From: Chrysomallon squamiferum
Taxonomy: Eukaryota > Animalia > Mollusca
Direction of reading: 5' to 3'
DNA: 64,000 bases
NCBI GenBank assembly: GCA_012295275.1
Contig: CM022676.1
Span: 14,136,001-14,200,000, forward strand
Position numbers and translations under genes: made by a program. Numbering within the stretch: the stretch's first letter is position 1; every line of letters begins with the position of its first letter. Shown piece by piece: positions 27,835 to 40,755 of this stretch. The notes under the pieces were generated by a model that was given only the letters and a program-made list of their open reading frames with translations, was not told where the DNA came from and made no database searches.

Positions 27835-28098
27835 GTCCACCAGACTTTCCTTCTACAAGTGGTGAGTGTCCAGATACTTACATAGAGTCAGGACAGAGTG
27901 GAACTTGTGTGTGTAACACCACTTTTCTAGGAACACCTGCTGGCACAGTAAGCTGGATAACTCCTGATGGAACTGACACACACAAACAAACTCTTGTCTT
28001 GAAATCTATTAATAGAAAGTACAACAATCAGAACTACACTTGTCAAGTCAGAAACTACGTGGAGATCAGAAACTTGACATTTACAAGAAAACTAGCAT
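27835..28098 (+). CDS. Locus B Ig exon
   Basis: 264 nt, phase 1-1, with a weak donor (GTATAT). Reads PPDFPSTSGECP...GTCVCNTTFLGTPAGTVSW...YNNQNYTC. Confidence 0.8.
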
Positions 28099-28404
28099 GT
28101 ATATCATTGTTAAAACTTTAATAACATTTTTTTTTATCTGTTTGTAATTATTTTATTCAGAATTTATTGTATATTTATTTTTTCTATTTTATTTTTTAAT
28201 TAAATTTTTTTATTTATTTTTTTAAAAAGTAAGAGCGACACAAAATAAGATTATTCTTAAAGAAAATGAATTTATTTGTGACATTTTATAATTTACTAAC
28301 AGAGTTTAACTGTTATCCTCTACTTCCTTTTTTGTTTTCACATCTTTATTTCCATTTTCTAAGATTAAAGAACCAGTATAGTCTTACAATGTTATACATT
28401 TTAA

Positions 28405-28724
28405 TTGGTCCTGATAGAACTGATATAACTGGCAACCAAGCAGATTTTGATGCTGATGGAATCAGAAATTGACCTTGACCTGTATTAGTGCATCATCAAG
28501 TCCCAGTGTGAAATTTACTTGGAGAAATGTCACTAGTGGTCAGATTCTGATTTCAAACGAACCAATCAGAGAACAAGATGCTGGTGATGGAGGAAAGCTG
28601 TTTAGTCAGAATCTGGTTTTGGTTCCACAGTGGTATCAAGATGGAGATGAAATAGAGTGTGAAACTAAGAATTCTCAGATATCTGACAAAAACTCAAAAA
28701 CAAAAACTACACTGAGTTTGATTT
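28405..28724 (+). pseudogene. Locus B C2-type Ig exon with lost acceptor and 1-nt frameshift
   Basis: GPDRTDITGNQADFDADGIR and LTLTCISASSSPSVKFTW...QDGDEIEC are in different frames. The length is 320 nt (3n-1). The acceptor position reads TTTTAA instead of TTTTAG, while the donor GTGAGT is intact. Confidence 0.85.
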
Positions 28725-28770
28725 GTGAGTACAATGTAAAATATTATATAATAACAATAACAATAACAAC

Positions 28771-28806
<36 letters not shown>

Positions 28807-29049
28807 CTGATTTTGAATATTTACTCGTTTTGGATAGAATTAGGTTCAGGTGCCATAATATGATTTGTTTACCATAGTTCGGGCTCAAACACAATCTAGA
28901 TGTATTTAACTCATTCAATGAAATTAAGAGTAAGGATAAGCTGTGTGAGGTGTGATCACGTACACCCTGGAACGTGTACACAGTGTTGACTGTCCTGTGA
29001 AAAACATCGTGAACATTAACAAAACAGATAATGACAATTTTGTTTTCAG

Positions 29050-29315
29050 ATCCACCTGTGAATCCTCCAGAAATAAGAGGATACAAGACAGGACAAGTGG
29101 TTTATGAAGGAGACACACTGAACATTCGCTGTGTTGTGTCAGGTGGTACACCTCTAGTGACATCAGTAAGTCTGTCTTGTGACACAGATCACAGGAACAC
29201 TTCATCTGAGAGAGATGAAAACAGTGTTTTTGTAGATTTGTCATTTACAGTTACAGGAAATCTTAACTCTAAGACTAGTCAGTGCAGTTCAGTTCACCAG
29301 ACTCACATATACACT
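29050..29315 (+). pseudogene. Locus B Ig exon lacking its last strand
   Basis: Reads PPVNPPEIRGY...EGDTLNIRCVVSGGTP...QCSSVHQTHIYT, then GTAAGT. At 266 nt it breaks phase-1 symmetry. Confidence 0.75.
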
Positions 29316-29580
29316 GTAAGTATATAATAATAATAATAATAATAACAATAACAATAATAATAATAATGATAATGATAATAATAATAAAAATAATGATGAT
29401 GATGATGACAGAGATTATATTTATGCTGCTCATGATATTGATAATATAATTGACAATAACCAAGGTAACAATAAAAACATGGAAAATAAAATAATGATTA
29501 GAACAGTATAATACTTTGTTGTTCTTCTTAAGGTTTTAAACTAAGCGTTTTTAATAAATTATTTATACTGTATTATTTAG

Positions 29581-29897
29581 ATCCACCATCATCTCCAGAT
29601 CTGGTTCTAAGTTTGAGTTTTCCGTGGTTAGAAGGTCAGAGTAGAAACCTGATAAATTTGGACCAGTCACAACGCGGGAAGGACAAAGTCTGGATGTAGT
29701 AAACTGTTCAGCAGACAGCAATCCTCCAAACACAATACTCAACTGGACATCAACCTCACCTCACTGGACTGGTGGTTTCCCTTTACATATTGCAGTACTT
29801 GACAGAGTCCACCACGGTACATACACATGTACAGCGACAGTGTCATCTTCAGTAGCAACACTAACTGGAACATCTCAGATTAAAATTATACTTAACT
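29581..29897 (+). pseudogene. Locus B chimeric exon: two Ig exons fused out of frame
   Basis: PPSSPDLVLSLSFPWLEGQSRNL (start of one domain) is joined at ~29652 to FGPVTTREGQSLDVVNCSADSNPPNTILNW...HHGTYTC in another frame. The first frame stops at ~29698. Confidence 0.8.
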
Positions 29898-30226
29898 GTG
29901 AGTATTTATATGTTAAAACACTAATTATTTGTTATTTCCGTTAACTTTGTATGTAAATTATGTTTTAATTCCTGGTTAAGTATTTATCAGTGATGTTTTT
30001 TTTTTTTTTCTTTGTTGTTGTTGTTTTTTGTTCTTCATTTATTATATTTTATTTTGTGTAAAATGGAATTGTAATTGTGTATATAAAATCTTTATAAAAC
30101 AGTGTTTTGTTTTGCTTAGTCTAGCCTAGTCAGTGTATTCTGTTAACGTAACGAAGATAGTTAGATTATCAAGTGTATGACAATAATGACTTGATTTATT
30201 ACTGTAAATTTAGTAATTGTTTACAG

Positions 30227-30326
30227 ATGCTCCTGATCTGACTTTTTTTCCTTCTTTAAACACAACTGAAAACACGTCACTGAATATCAACTGTTCTGCT
30301 GATGGTCGTCCTGACAACATGAACTT
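30227..30326 (+). CDS. Locus B Ig exon, cut by the assembly gap
   Basis: Acceptor TTACAG, then APDLTFFPSLNTTENTSLNINCSADGRP, running into the Ns. Confidence 0.8.
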
Positions 30327-30526
30327 NNNNNNNNNNNNNNNNNNNNNNNNNNNNNNNNNNNNNNNNNNNNNNNNNNNNNNNNNNNNNNNNNNNNNNNNNN
30401 NNNNNNNNNNNNNNNNNNNNNNNNNNNNNNNNNNNNNNNNNNNNNNNNNNNNNNNNNNNNNNNNNNNNNNNNNNNNNNNNNNNNNNNNNNNNNNNNNNNN
30501 NNNNNNNNNNNNNNNNNNNNNNNNNN
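30327..30526. other. Assembly gap (200 N)
   Basis: Run of exactly 200 N, so this is probably a placeholder size. Confidence 1.
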
Positions 30527-30769
30527 TAACTGAATGAGTTAACTGACTCAGATACTAACACACTAATACTAAACTTGTTCATTTAGCTGCGTATAGTGCG
30601 ATCATTTCATCTTGAGCACGCGGTAGCCTGTTTACGTGCAAACTGAAGTCATTGTTTATGAAGTACCGTACTTGAAAACTTGTATGCTGTTGACAAAGAT
30701 AATTATATACATACATACATACATACATTCACAGAAAAATATTTCATTATGATAATTGTCTGTGTATCG

Positions 30770-31466
30770 TTTTTCATTCGTATAATTTAAAAGAAATGAA
30801 ACTGACCAGTTCAGTATTCAAGTTTAGACAAGATTAATTTTTGGCGGGGTGAAGTGTGTTATTTTACTCCGTCCATGTACAAACCAGTTGTTGTGTGTTA
30901 TTAGTGTATTGTTACAGACTGCGACAGTCATTTTATAAAATTAATTAGTTATATCTTACAAATTATAAACGTAGCGCCTTTGTTTCAACAATTACAACAA
31001 CAACAAAGTCAGATAAGTGGCAACGTTATAAGTTATATATAGTTTTCAAGGCACTAGTGCTACTCAGTCTTTCTTCTGAAAATGTGGTAGACATACAGAT
31101 TACAAAATAGCTGTATTTCTAACAATATTTGATATTTAATAATTGTCTTAGACTGGAAAATACATTTAATTTATCAACTGAGAATAATAACATTTTCTGA
31201 ATTAGATTATTTACGTTATATTATTTTCTGTTTCCAGTTTTCCTTTTAGTCGTTTTTATTTATTTATTTTTGAACTTACAAATTATTTCTCTAGGGTGCT
31301 TCAAGAAGTTGTTGTTTTTGTTGTTGCTGATACTGTTCTTATTGTTCCCATTGTTCTTATTATTCATTTATTGTTGTTATTATTATTATGAATGTTCCTG
31401 TTATCATTCTTATTGTTGTTATTGTCGTTATTATTATTAATCCTATTGTCGTCATCGCTGTTGCTG

Positions 31467-31508
<42 letters not shown>

Positions 31509-31810
31509 TGTATGACACACTGTAAAAAAGTTATGTTCACAGATATTATGGATGATATTTGACCTCCTCTCTCATTAATACATACAAACCAAAAAACATA
31601 CAAACAGAAACCTCAAAAACGTGACTAGATACTAATCTGCATACCTCACAAGAGATCTGTAGAAACGTGTTTTAAATCGAGGTGTTACAAATCATATTTC
31701 GTCTTTTCTTCTCTATGCACGTTCGAGTTAGTTGGAGCAAGGGACTGATTCACAATAATCAGAGAGGAGGGAACAGGGCCGAAAGGAGGCTTCAGTGTTT
31801 TTAGCATAAC
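30770..31810 (-). repeat. Inverted copy of the ~1.1-kb composite repeat found at 53290-54260 and 54765-55484
   Basis: GGGACTGATTCACAATAATCAGAGAGGAGGGAACAGGGCCG (31741-31781) is the reverse complement of ~53298-53340. TAGCTGTATTTCTAACAATA (~31108) matches ~53875 and ~55268. CATGTACAAACCAG (~30874) matches ~54136. The blocks are in collinear inverted order. Confidence 0.85.
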
Positions 31811-33037
31811 GAAGAAAACCATATATCTCTGTTACATTTTGTTTTATTTTTATTTATTTATCTTTTTATTTTATATGCGCGATTTGATTTCAGTTATATA
31901 ACACTTCGTAAACCGTAAGCAGATAGATATGATGTTTGCATTGCTCAAACTAAATACTGTGACGTCATCTTTCTTAAATAGTTTACAATACAAATCATTT
32001 CACATACACACATTTTATACATTGACACGTGCAAACATTAAAATGTTTCACATCACTACACAGATAAAGCATGCAATTATTGTGATATATTGATTTGATG
32101 TCGTAATAAGTAAAGAAAAGATATAAATAACTATATAATAACTACAACATTTATACAGAAAGTGTTTTTAGTTTTGATTTTAACGACGGTTCGTGAGTTA
32201 CTGGAGAAAACTTATCTCCCAAACTGACCCCGGAAGCGTAACTGCATTATACAAAACAAACTTTATCAGCAACTAATTAAAACACAGCGGTCAGCCTTTA
32301 GTTAGTGGTTGTGTAAAACGAACATATTTAACTGTAAGGAATTTTGATCATTGCTAAAATATAATAGTCGTTACCGTTAAGATACAGAGAGAATAAAAAA
32401 ATTCGATTTCCGAGATCGTGGTTATGTGTTAATTTCCACCCATATCACAGAGAGAACCACATTGGAGCAGTATATCAACTAGACTTCCTGCAACAAGTTT
32501 ACTGTATTTTACTAAACTTCTATGGATTAATTATTGCAGAAGACTATCGTAAAAGTTATGTGAAGGTAAATACAGCAACCAGTGTACTACGTACTTCGAG
32601 TTATGCGATCATATTTATTTGTTGTATCGAAATAAAGGGAACACTTAAACATAAGCCGTATTCGAAATAACCAGACCATAATGATCAGGTTGTCACATGT
32701 ACGTCAATAATACCGATATTGTTCTTATGTGTTTGACAGTGTTGATGAAATCAAATACTATTATTTGCTATACGAAGACTACTTGTTTGTAAATTACAAT
32801 AGTCACAAAGGTAATTTTCAGATACACTGTTATCTGTAATATAAAACAGTATACTTGCTTAATTTATTCAAAATTCAACTAAATATATATATATATTTCT
32901 GCATCTTCACTTTTTGTTATTATTTATTCACACATTTATTTAGTAATTATTGATATGCTTATTCGTTATTAATTTATTCATTATTTGAGAGAAGAGAGCT
33001 AGAACAAAAAAAGAAAGAAAAAGAAAAAGAAAGAAAA

Positions 33038-33206
<169 letters not shown>

Positions 33207-33803
33207 GCTGTAAAATAAAGTACTTTTACCTGCACGTTGTTTTATTACAGGATTATTTTCATTATGGAAACGTACACTTACAGATAAACTGATACATACA
33301 CAGACACACAACAGAAAACATTGAGGCACAGACACACTCAGATATAATTGTTAACGTAAAGTTGCATTTGTAAATAATTTATATTACGAAAATAAAAGAA
33401 AAAACATTTAATAACTCAGTCGATCTCTCTATCTTCCTATTTGTTTGTCTGTCTGGCTGTCTGTTTATCTGTCTATCTATCTATCTATCTATCTGTCTAT
33501 CTTTCTTTTATCTATATATCCAGCATCTATCTATCCATTCTTCCATCCATCCAGCACTCATGTTATACATCCATCCATCTCAGTTTTCATCCGGCTGTCC
33601 CACAATCGATCTATCTGTATTTTCGCATTAATTTATGGAAATTATTAATAGTAAAAATCAAAAATACGTACTTTCTTTTTTTCTTTTTCTCACAAAGCAG
33701 ACGGCAATAGCGTCGACTATCAAAAGTACAGCAGCAACTACCGTACCAGTAAAAGAAGGTATAAGATACTGTTTTGAACTACCATCAAGCCTCGATTCTG
33801 AAT

Positions 33804-33852
<49 letters not shown>

Positions 33853-34838
33853 TAATAACAATAATACCAATAGTAATAGTAATAATAATAATAATAAATT
33901 AATTAATTAATTAATTAAATTAAAAAAATGATAAAACTAAATAAGAACAACAGGAACAACACGAGCAAACTTAACAACAACAACAACAACAATAACAACA
34001 GTAATAATAATAATAACTAATTTAATATCTAACTAACCTTGAGAAATCAAATATGTTTGAAACTTTTGACATCCAAATTTATTACAAACAGGATCATTAA
34101 AAGTTTGGCCACCGAACCTAAAGCTCTTCAGGAAAAAAACTGGGAAGGAATGACATGACTCATGTTGCTCACAAACGCAGTATCATCACAGATCTTTATC
34201 AAAGTTCTTCTCATGTGAGTTCTTCAAGGTGTTTGAGTTTTTTCAGAAAACACTTCGACCGGATCACACAACTCTTCTTGACACCAACTGGTCTTTTATT
34301 ATAGCACATGATTTATACCTGATATCTTTGTTAATCTCAGCTCTGATTTTCACTCTCAAACATGGAGCTGTGTAGCAATGATACACAATTGTTTTGGTCG
34401 ATTGTTATTTTATTTTATTTTATTTTATTTTATTTTATTTTATCTTATTTTATTATTATTATTCTGTGCTTTTGGCCAGTATGTGTCAGTTTCGCCACAG
34501 ACGTAATTTCTAATTTTAAATATGGAATCATCAAACGACATTTATGAAGTCTGCATTATCTAAATCTGTGTGGTTTGGTGACTAAGACAATAACAAAGGC
34601 ATGTCTTTTCATCTCCTGTGTTAGAGTCGAAGATTCCATATTGGTATTAAAGAAAAAGACAAGATGTCCTGTTAATTTTGGTCAGTAATTTCTTTCTAAA
34701 TTGATTTTACCAAATTTCAGACGCTCCCTATGCATAAATGTGTGTCTGTGTTATCTTTGTACAACAGAAATGAAACAACTGAGCTGAAAACGTGAGTATG
34801 TTAGATTACTATGTCACATGAAAGTTAAAATGACTTAC

Positions 34839-35166
34839 ACTCAACAGTGATGTAGAGAAGATTGCTCCAAATTTGTCCAGAATAACAATACCACTGTCCT
34901 GTGTCTGCGGTGTCCACATTGTAGATAGTCATTGTGTATCTGTGTGTTCCACGTGAAGACTGACAGTTGCACTCATATCTTTGATTTTGATAACTGTTAC
35001 TCTGACAGTGTTGATTATTCTGTACAAAGGAACAGAGAGTAGAATATGTTGTACCTCGTGTAAAGTAGACAGTCAGTCAGTTGAGTTCTGATGGTTTGAC
35101 AGAACACGTCAGTACAGCAGTCTGTCTCCACAACACTTGATTCTCCACTTAGTTCTAACTGCAGCG
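34839..35166 (-). pseudogene. Orphan Cys-rich V-like Ig pseudo-exon
   Basis: Reads ALQLELSGESSV / TAVLTCSVKPSELN*LTVYFTRG...LCSFVQNNQHC...RYECNC...YTMTIYNVDTADTGQWYC...SNLLYITVE. The CAG acceptor and GTAAGT donor are intact, but there is one frameshift and one stop (328 nt). Confidence 0.85.
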
Positions 35167-35542
35167 CTGTGGTAATGAAATTAATGAATGAATAAATAAA
35201 TAGGTATATCGTTCAGTGATGTACATTTAATGATATAACTACTATATGCACATCATATTATGAACTAGGCTCAAGCAAAGGTACAATACAATGTATACAT
35301 ATATTTACAGAAACACATAGGCACATAAAACATTACACACATTAATATACACATGCATTCATCGATAAAATTATGTTCCAATTAAATACAATATTTAAAC
35401 AGATTCAAGATCTAAACTGACAATAATCATCTGTCAATTACATAGAAAGCTTATTTATTTATTTATTTATATACTTGTTGATTATTTCTTTAAAAATGTG
35501 CTTTATTATTGTTATTATTAGTAGCAGTAGTAGTGATGTTGC

Positions 35543-35574
<32 letters not shown>

Positions 35575-35694
35575 TTAGTTAGTAAATATTTTTTTTTTCT
35601 CTACAATTTAAGTTCCGGAATGTTTTATTGTTGCTACTAGGATGATAAACACTGTTATTATTACACTAAATTTTAAGAACAAATATATACTTAC

Positions 35695-35920
35695 AATACA
35701 GACTGATAATGTTACTAATTGTTTAACACTGTTCACTGAAGCAGGGCCCTTGTGTCTGATCGACAGAACCAAATGACTTTATTTTTTGAGTGATAATCAT
35801 TGTCTGCCGGTTGTTATATTCACGACAGCCACAAAGGTAACCTTCAACAACATCACCATATGACTGATACAAATTTCTGTATGGACAGAAATAATGATGA
35901 CAAATCGTCTTTTGTCCACG
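35695..35920 (-). pseudogene. More decayed V-like Ig pseudo-exon (3' half)
   Basis: Reads EGYLCGCREY...IKSFGSVDQTQGPCFSEQC*TISNIISLY, then T|GTAAGT. This parallels GYSCTC...SVSLVDEAKWTC...ISNNCYL of exon 25022. Confidence 0.55.
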
Positions 35921-35949
35921 TATATAACTAAACAGAATAGTGCAGGTCG

Positions 35950-36280
35950 CTGAACACCGACTAGTTAGTGTGTAATAAGAACATTAGTTCACTTGTTACA
36001 TACAGAATATCCATGTGTAGTAACTTTATTACACTGATATGGATTTAACCACGGATTTGTCAGTGTGTAATATAACATACAACACATCCTTGTGTAGTAA
36101 CTTTATTACACTGACGGGAATTGAACCAATGGCCTGTTAGTGTGTAATAAGAACATTACTTCACTTAATACATACAACACGTTTCTGTAGTAACTTTATT
36201 ACACCGACAGGAATTGAACCACTGACCTGTCATAAGAACATGAATTCAGTGTGTAATAAGAATATGAATTCAGCACAACA
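35950..36280. repeat. Imperfect tandem repeat (~80-90 bp x ~3.5) with internal inverted repeats
   Basis: Recurring TGTAGTAACTTTATTACAC(T/C)GA...GGAATTGAACC...GT(C/T)AGTGTGTAATA. Confidence 0.8.
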
Positions 36281-37533
36281 TACCTAACTTTGTAATATAT
36301 GGAACAAAATATACTAAAAAGAGAAATCGATAAATAAATATATATATATAAACAAAGATGATGATGATGATGATAATAAAAATAATAATAATAATAATAA
36401 TAAAAGAACTGCACAGAGAGATAGAGAGAGAGACAGAGTTCAGAGCCATGATGTAAAGAGTTGTAAAATCTATTGAGTTTGCTTATCTCCCAATCCAACC
36501 AGTGTTTTTTGTTGTTTTTTGTTGTTTTATTTTAAAGCTTTTCACTTGAATTTCTCTTACACCATTTATTCTTTCTACACAGAAGAGAAAAAGATGGCAT
36601 GAACCAAACAAATATAATTAAAACATTTATTTCTATACTTCTATATTTCGTGTTTACATTTTTAACAAATTAAGTACAAATTATAATTTTATGTATAAAC
36701 AAAGTGACAACTTCTAATATTATGTATAATGTCTAATATAATTTACTAGCATATCTATTTTACATAACTCTAAATGAAAGGACACAGACAAATGAATCAA
36801 ATAGCAGTTCTTAAGTTCATGTCTAACAAACAGTAAACATATAACTTATCTTCATATTAGTTTTAAAACGAAAAAAGTAACAGTATTTTATTTGATTTGT
36901 CACAAAATCTAAACACAAAATTTAGAATATTTCTTAACAGACTAATCTTATGTAGGCATTTATAGATACTTTGTATTTCATGGGAATTAATTTACACATG
37001 GAAGACGGAAACAAAATAATTACAAAAATGATTAAGTTTGTTTGACTCCTGTGTAGTGAATACTGAACGATATAAAATTTACATTGATATTTAAACTAAA
37101 ATAAAATGTCACTTGGTCTCAAATAAATACTAAATATTTACGCATATTCAATAATAAGACATCCATGAACAAAGAAAAACAAATTATAAATATGTATAAA
37201 TATAATACTATTTTCGAATATAGAAATAATTTAGTTAGGTATCAACGTATTTCATCTATTATATGACAGTTTTAGGAATATATTAAATAATCAAACAATC
37301 TATATTAAATAAATAAATAAATAAATAAAGCAATGAGCTGTTTATGTACATTATACACGTGTCTGTTTGACAGAAGCCAGTGGATTAGAAAGTTTCAAAT
37401 AAAGTGTGTATGACGTCATTAGAAGTACAAATGTAAACACAAATAAGTAAATAGATATATAAACAAAGAAATAAAAATAAAAATATGAGTCCAGTGATGA
37501 CTAAAGGTGACAGTGTTTGAACGATGTTGTTTC

Positions 37534-39059
37534 TTACACTAAAAATAACAAAGCAGGTATTTGTCCTTGTATCACATCTGTACGAAGTTGTCTGTCACTG
37601 TGTTTAGTTTTGTGTGACTCAGAAAATCTACAAACAAAAGAGTCTACAACAATTTCTGATTTACCTTCAAATCCACACAATGAGTCTCCTCCCTTAACAT
37701 TAGCAAACAAGCTGTACTCAGTGTCTTTAGTAATCTTCACTGGACGTCTGAACACGACGTCATACACGTCAGACACGAAGGGTTCATATCTCTGTGTCAG
37801 TGTAGACCTGTCCAGTATTTCGTCTGTTCTTGTGTCAGTGACGAAGGCGCTCACATCGTAGTTTCGTGGTACAAGTTGACCGTACAATTGAAATCCGCGA
37901 AGTAAAGCGTTTTTGTTTAGAGAGAAAGTAATGGCGTCGTCTTCTTCACCAGAACATGACAAGTAGAAATCAAACCAACCGCATTCTCCAGCATACGTAC
38001 CAAACCTGTTTATTGTAATCTGTGTTTTAGGAATCTCCGCTGTTCTCTTGTTTGAGTTAAAAGGTGATACATCTTCATCTGGACAAAGGAAATGTTTGAA
38101 AATTCTGTACTCTTCTGTCTCAGTGAGTATGTGAGTGGGTGTCACGTGTTTTACAAAATACGTCTGGTCGAGTAATGGATAACGCACGTGCTTCACGACC
38201 TCTCCCAGTGCTTCGCGCATGTTTTTTTCACTCGTCGTCTTCCCTTCCTTCCTGCACGCACTGTCAGCCCACTTCACAGCGGCTTCAAAAACAGTTTTCT
38301 CGTCTGCTGTCAGTTCATCTGATCGTACGATCTCCACCAGACATTCGTGACAAAGATCGGTGACTTCATCTGACTTCAAAACTTCGTCGCCATTTTTCAA
38401 AATGTAGTCCAGAATTGTTCTCCTTAGATCATGCTCATCAAACAGGTGAGCTTGTTCCAACACGACGCACGCATTCCGTGACGACAGCGACGACTCCAAA
38501 TAATGTGTGCATTCATCTTCAAGTGTTGTGATGATGTACTTCCTCGATAGATACAGCAGACCGGTGACGTTGTCGCCTGTTAGGACGACGTCATCCGTGT
38601 AAAGATATCTGTGTAAAAGAAGTAGACTAAGACTTTAAAATGTGAGATAACTAAGTGAGATCAATTAATTAGATTACTTACAAAAACTATATTGCTATCA
38701 ATGTTTCTGTCTGTATGTATGTCTCTCTTCCACACTGTGTGTTCATACGTGTGTTTCCATGTGTGTGTGTGTGTGTTTGTGTCTGTGTGTGTTTTAACAT
38801 ACTTTAGAAATTCTGAGAAGATTTCTGCCTTCACATCCGGTACAACTATATTGGTTTGTTCGCGAAGTTCTCCACTAAACATTTGATGAAAAACTTCGCT
38901 TCGAATCATGAGTATGAACCGATGCGCATCAATTGTCGTTTTATTTTCTCCCACTAGAAATCTGATATCACTGTCAGCTTTCGTATGAAAAACGTGTTCA
39001 AGGCACTGAGTTAATTTCTTCCCTGTCTGCCAACTTGTGATTTCAGCTGATGTGGCCAT
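37534..39059 (-). CDS. BTB-BACK-PHR protein (BTBD1/2/3/6-like Cullin-3 adaptor), 443 aa, two coding exons
   Basis: Exons 39059-38803 and 38608-37534 are joined by a phase-2 GT-AG intron to give FLK-YLYTD (1332 nt, intact). BTB: SDIRFLVG...DAHRFILMIRSEVFHQMFSG. BACK: EKTVFEAAVKWA...VRYPLL. PHR: INRF...DAITFSLNKNALLRGFQLYG...QGQIPALLF. Confidence 0.93.
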
Positions 39060-39080
39060 GTTTTCACTACAACAAACGAT

Positions 39081-39135
<55 letters not shown>

Positions 39136-39591
39136 GAAAGGGAAAAAGAAATTGTACAGACAGAACTGTTACAATTCTTAGAGCAAAAAAAAAAAAAAAA
39201 ATTAAAGAAAAAAGAAAAAGGATAGATAACTATATAGCAAATCGATAAAAGATAAAAATAAATAGTTTATGCTTATACTAGCGATTATTATGATGGTGAC
39301 GACGACAACAACATTCATTATTATTATCATTATTATTATATACAGACGTGTTTGGTCACAGTTAGGTAAATACTATTTCACTGTGGGACAAACGGTTTTC
39401 AAATTGCAATGTCCTTATGTTTATTTATACCATTTTACTCCTCGAAAGACAACAAAATTATCAGTCAACATCTAAATAGAAAAATTATGTGAGAAAAAGG
39501 TGAGAAAATAAGAAAAATAAAGGATGACGATGCAATGTTTCTAACGTAGAAACAATATAAAATTCACTGTAATTTCAATATGGCTACCTAC

Positions 39592-39650
39592 CTCAAAAAT
39601 TTCTGATCGATAATTTCGGATACGCGACTACTTTCTGTTTAACCTCAACT
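39592..39650 (-). promoter_or_regulatory. Probable 5'-UTR exon of the BTB gene
   Basis: Minus-strand donor GAG|GTAGGT at ~39591. An acceptor TTGTAG lies 7 nt upstream of the BTB ATG (39067). Confidence 0.45.
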
Positions 39651-40712
39651 ATAGAGCGCAGGTATAACCGATCTAAAAACAAAATAGCTAACATATATCA
39701 AAAGCCGCCAATAAATAAAAACTTATTAAACAAGGGATGTAATGGGGTAGTAGTAGTATAATAATAATAATAATAAAAATATACTGAAGATAAGTTTAAA
39801 ATGTTTATGCTCTTGTGGTATTTAGAACGATGTGACAAATTCACTGTTAATACATTGTGCCTTTGTCTATATTGTGAGAAGATAAATAATTTCAATAAGG
39901 ACACTACATACAAACACAACAACAACAACAACCGAATTATTTCCAATAAACCAAATAAAAAGGAAACAGAAAAATAATACAGATAACATTAGAAAATAAT
40001 ATTATTAAATTCTTCATACGTAAGATTCGTACACCAGTATTGTAAATACAATTTCGCTATCTGACAACACATTTTCAAGTCAGGCTTTACGTAACCTTTT
40101 CCATGTCATTATAAAAGAACACCTCACACTATAATGACCTATTTGTTAGAGAACTAAAAATAATCAAACTAAGATGCCTCGAATCGTTAAAAGATAATAC
40201 AGTATAATATATCATTCGCTTTCAATATGGCCGACTTGTTTCAGTTCTGCGTTGTTTACTTTTGGTTATCAGACTCCTGCACTGATAAACATGTGACTGA
40301 CGTCAAATATCTTATACGTCATCAAGTGTCACTTCTTAGGTTTGAATGTCAGATTAAAATAAACAAATCATGCTACGAGACATGTACAATCATCTTAAAC
40401 ACATTTTATCTCAAAGCAGAAATATTAATTTTAGGTAGTCCTATTACATAACATTGTTTACATTTATGTTATACAATGTATATAATAACAAAAACAACAA
40501 CAGCTAAAACGACCAGAAGGACAAGATGAAGAAGAAGAAGAACAAGAACAAGAACAAGATGAAGAAGAAGAATAATTTAAAAGAAAAAGAGGAAACACAA
40601 TTGTAACTATTAGTTTAGAATTATATGGGTGCCAACTATGATCGGTAATTTCTTAGAGGCGAGTACTTTCTGTTAAATTATTCTACTATTGATCAATGAG
40701 ATTAGATGTCAA

Positions 40713-40755
<43 letters not shown>

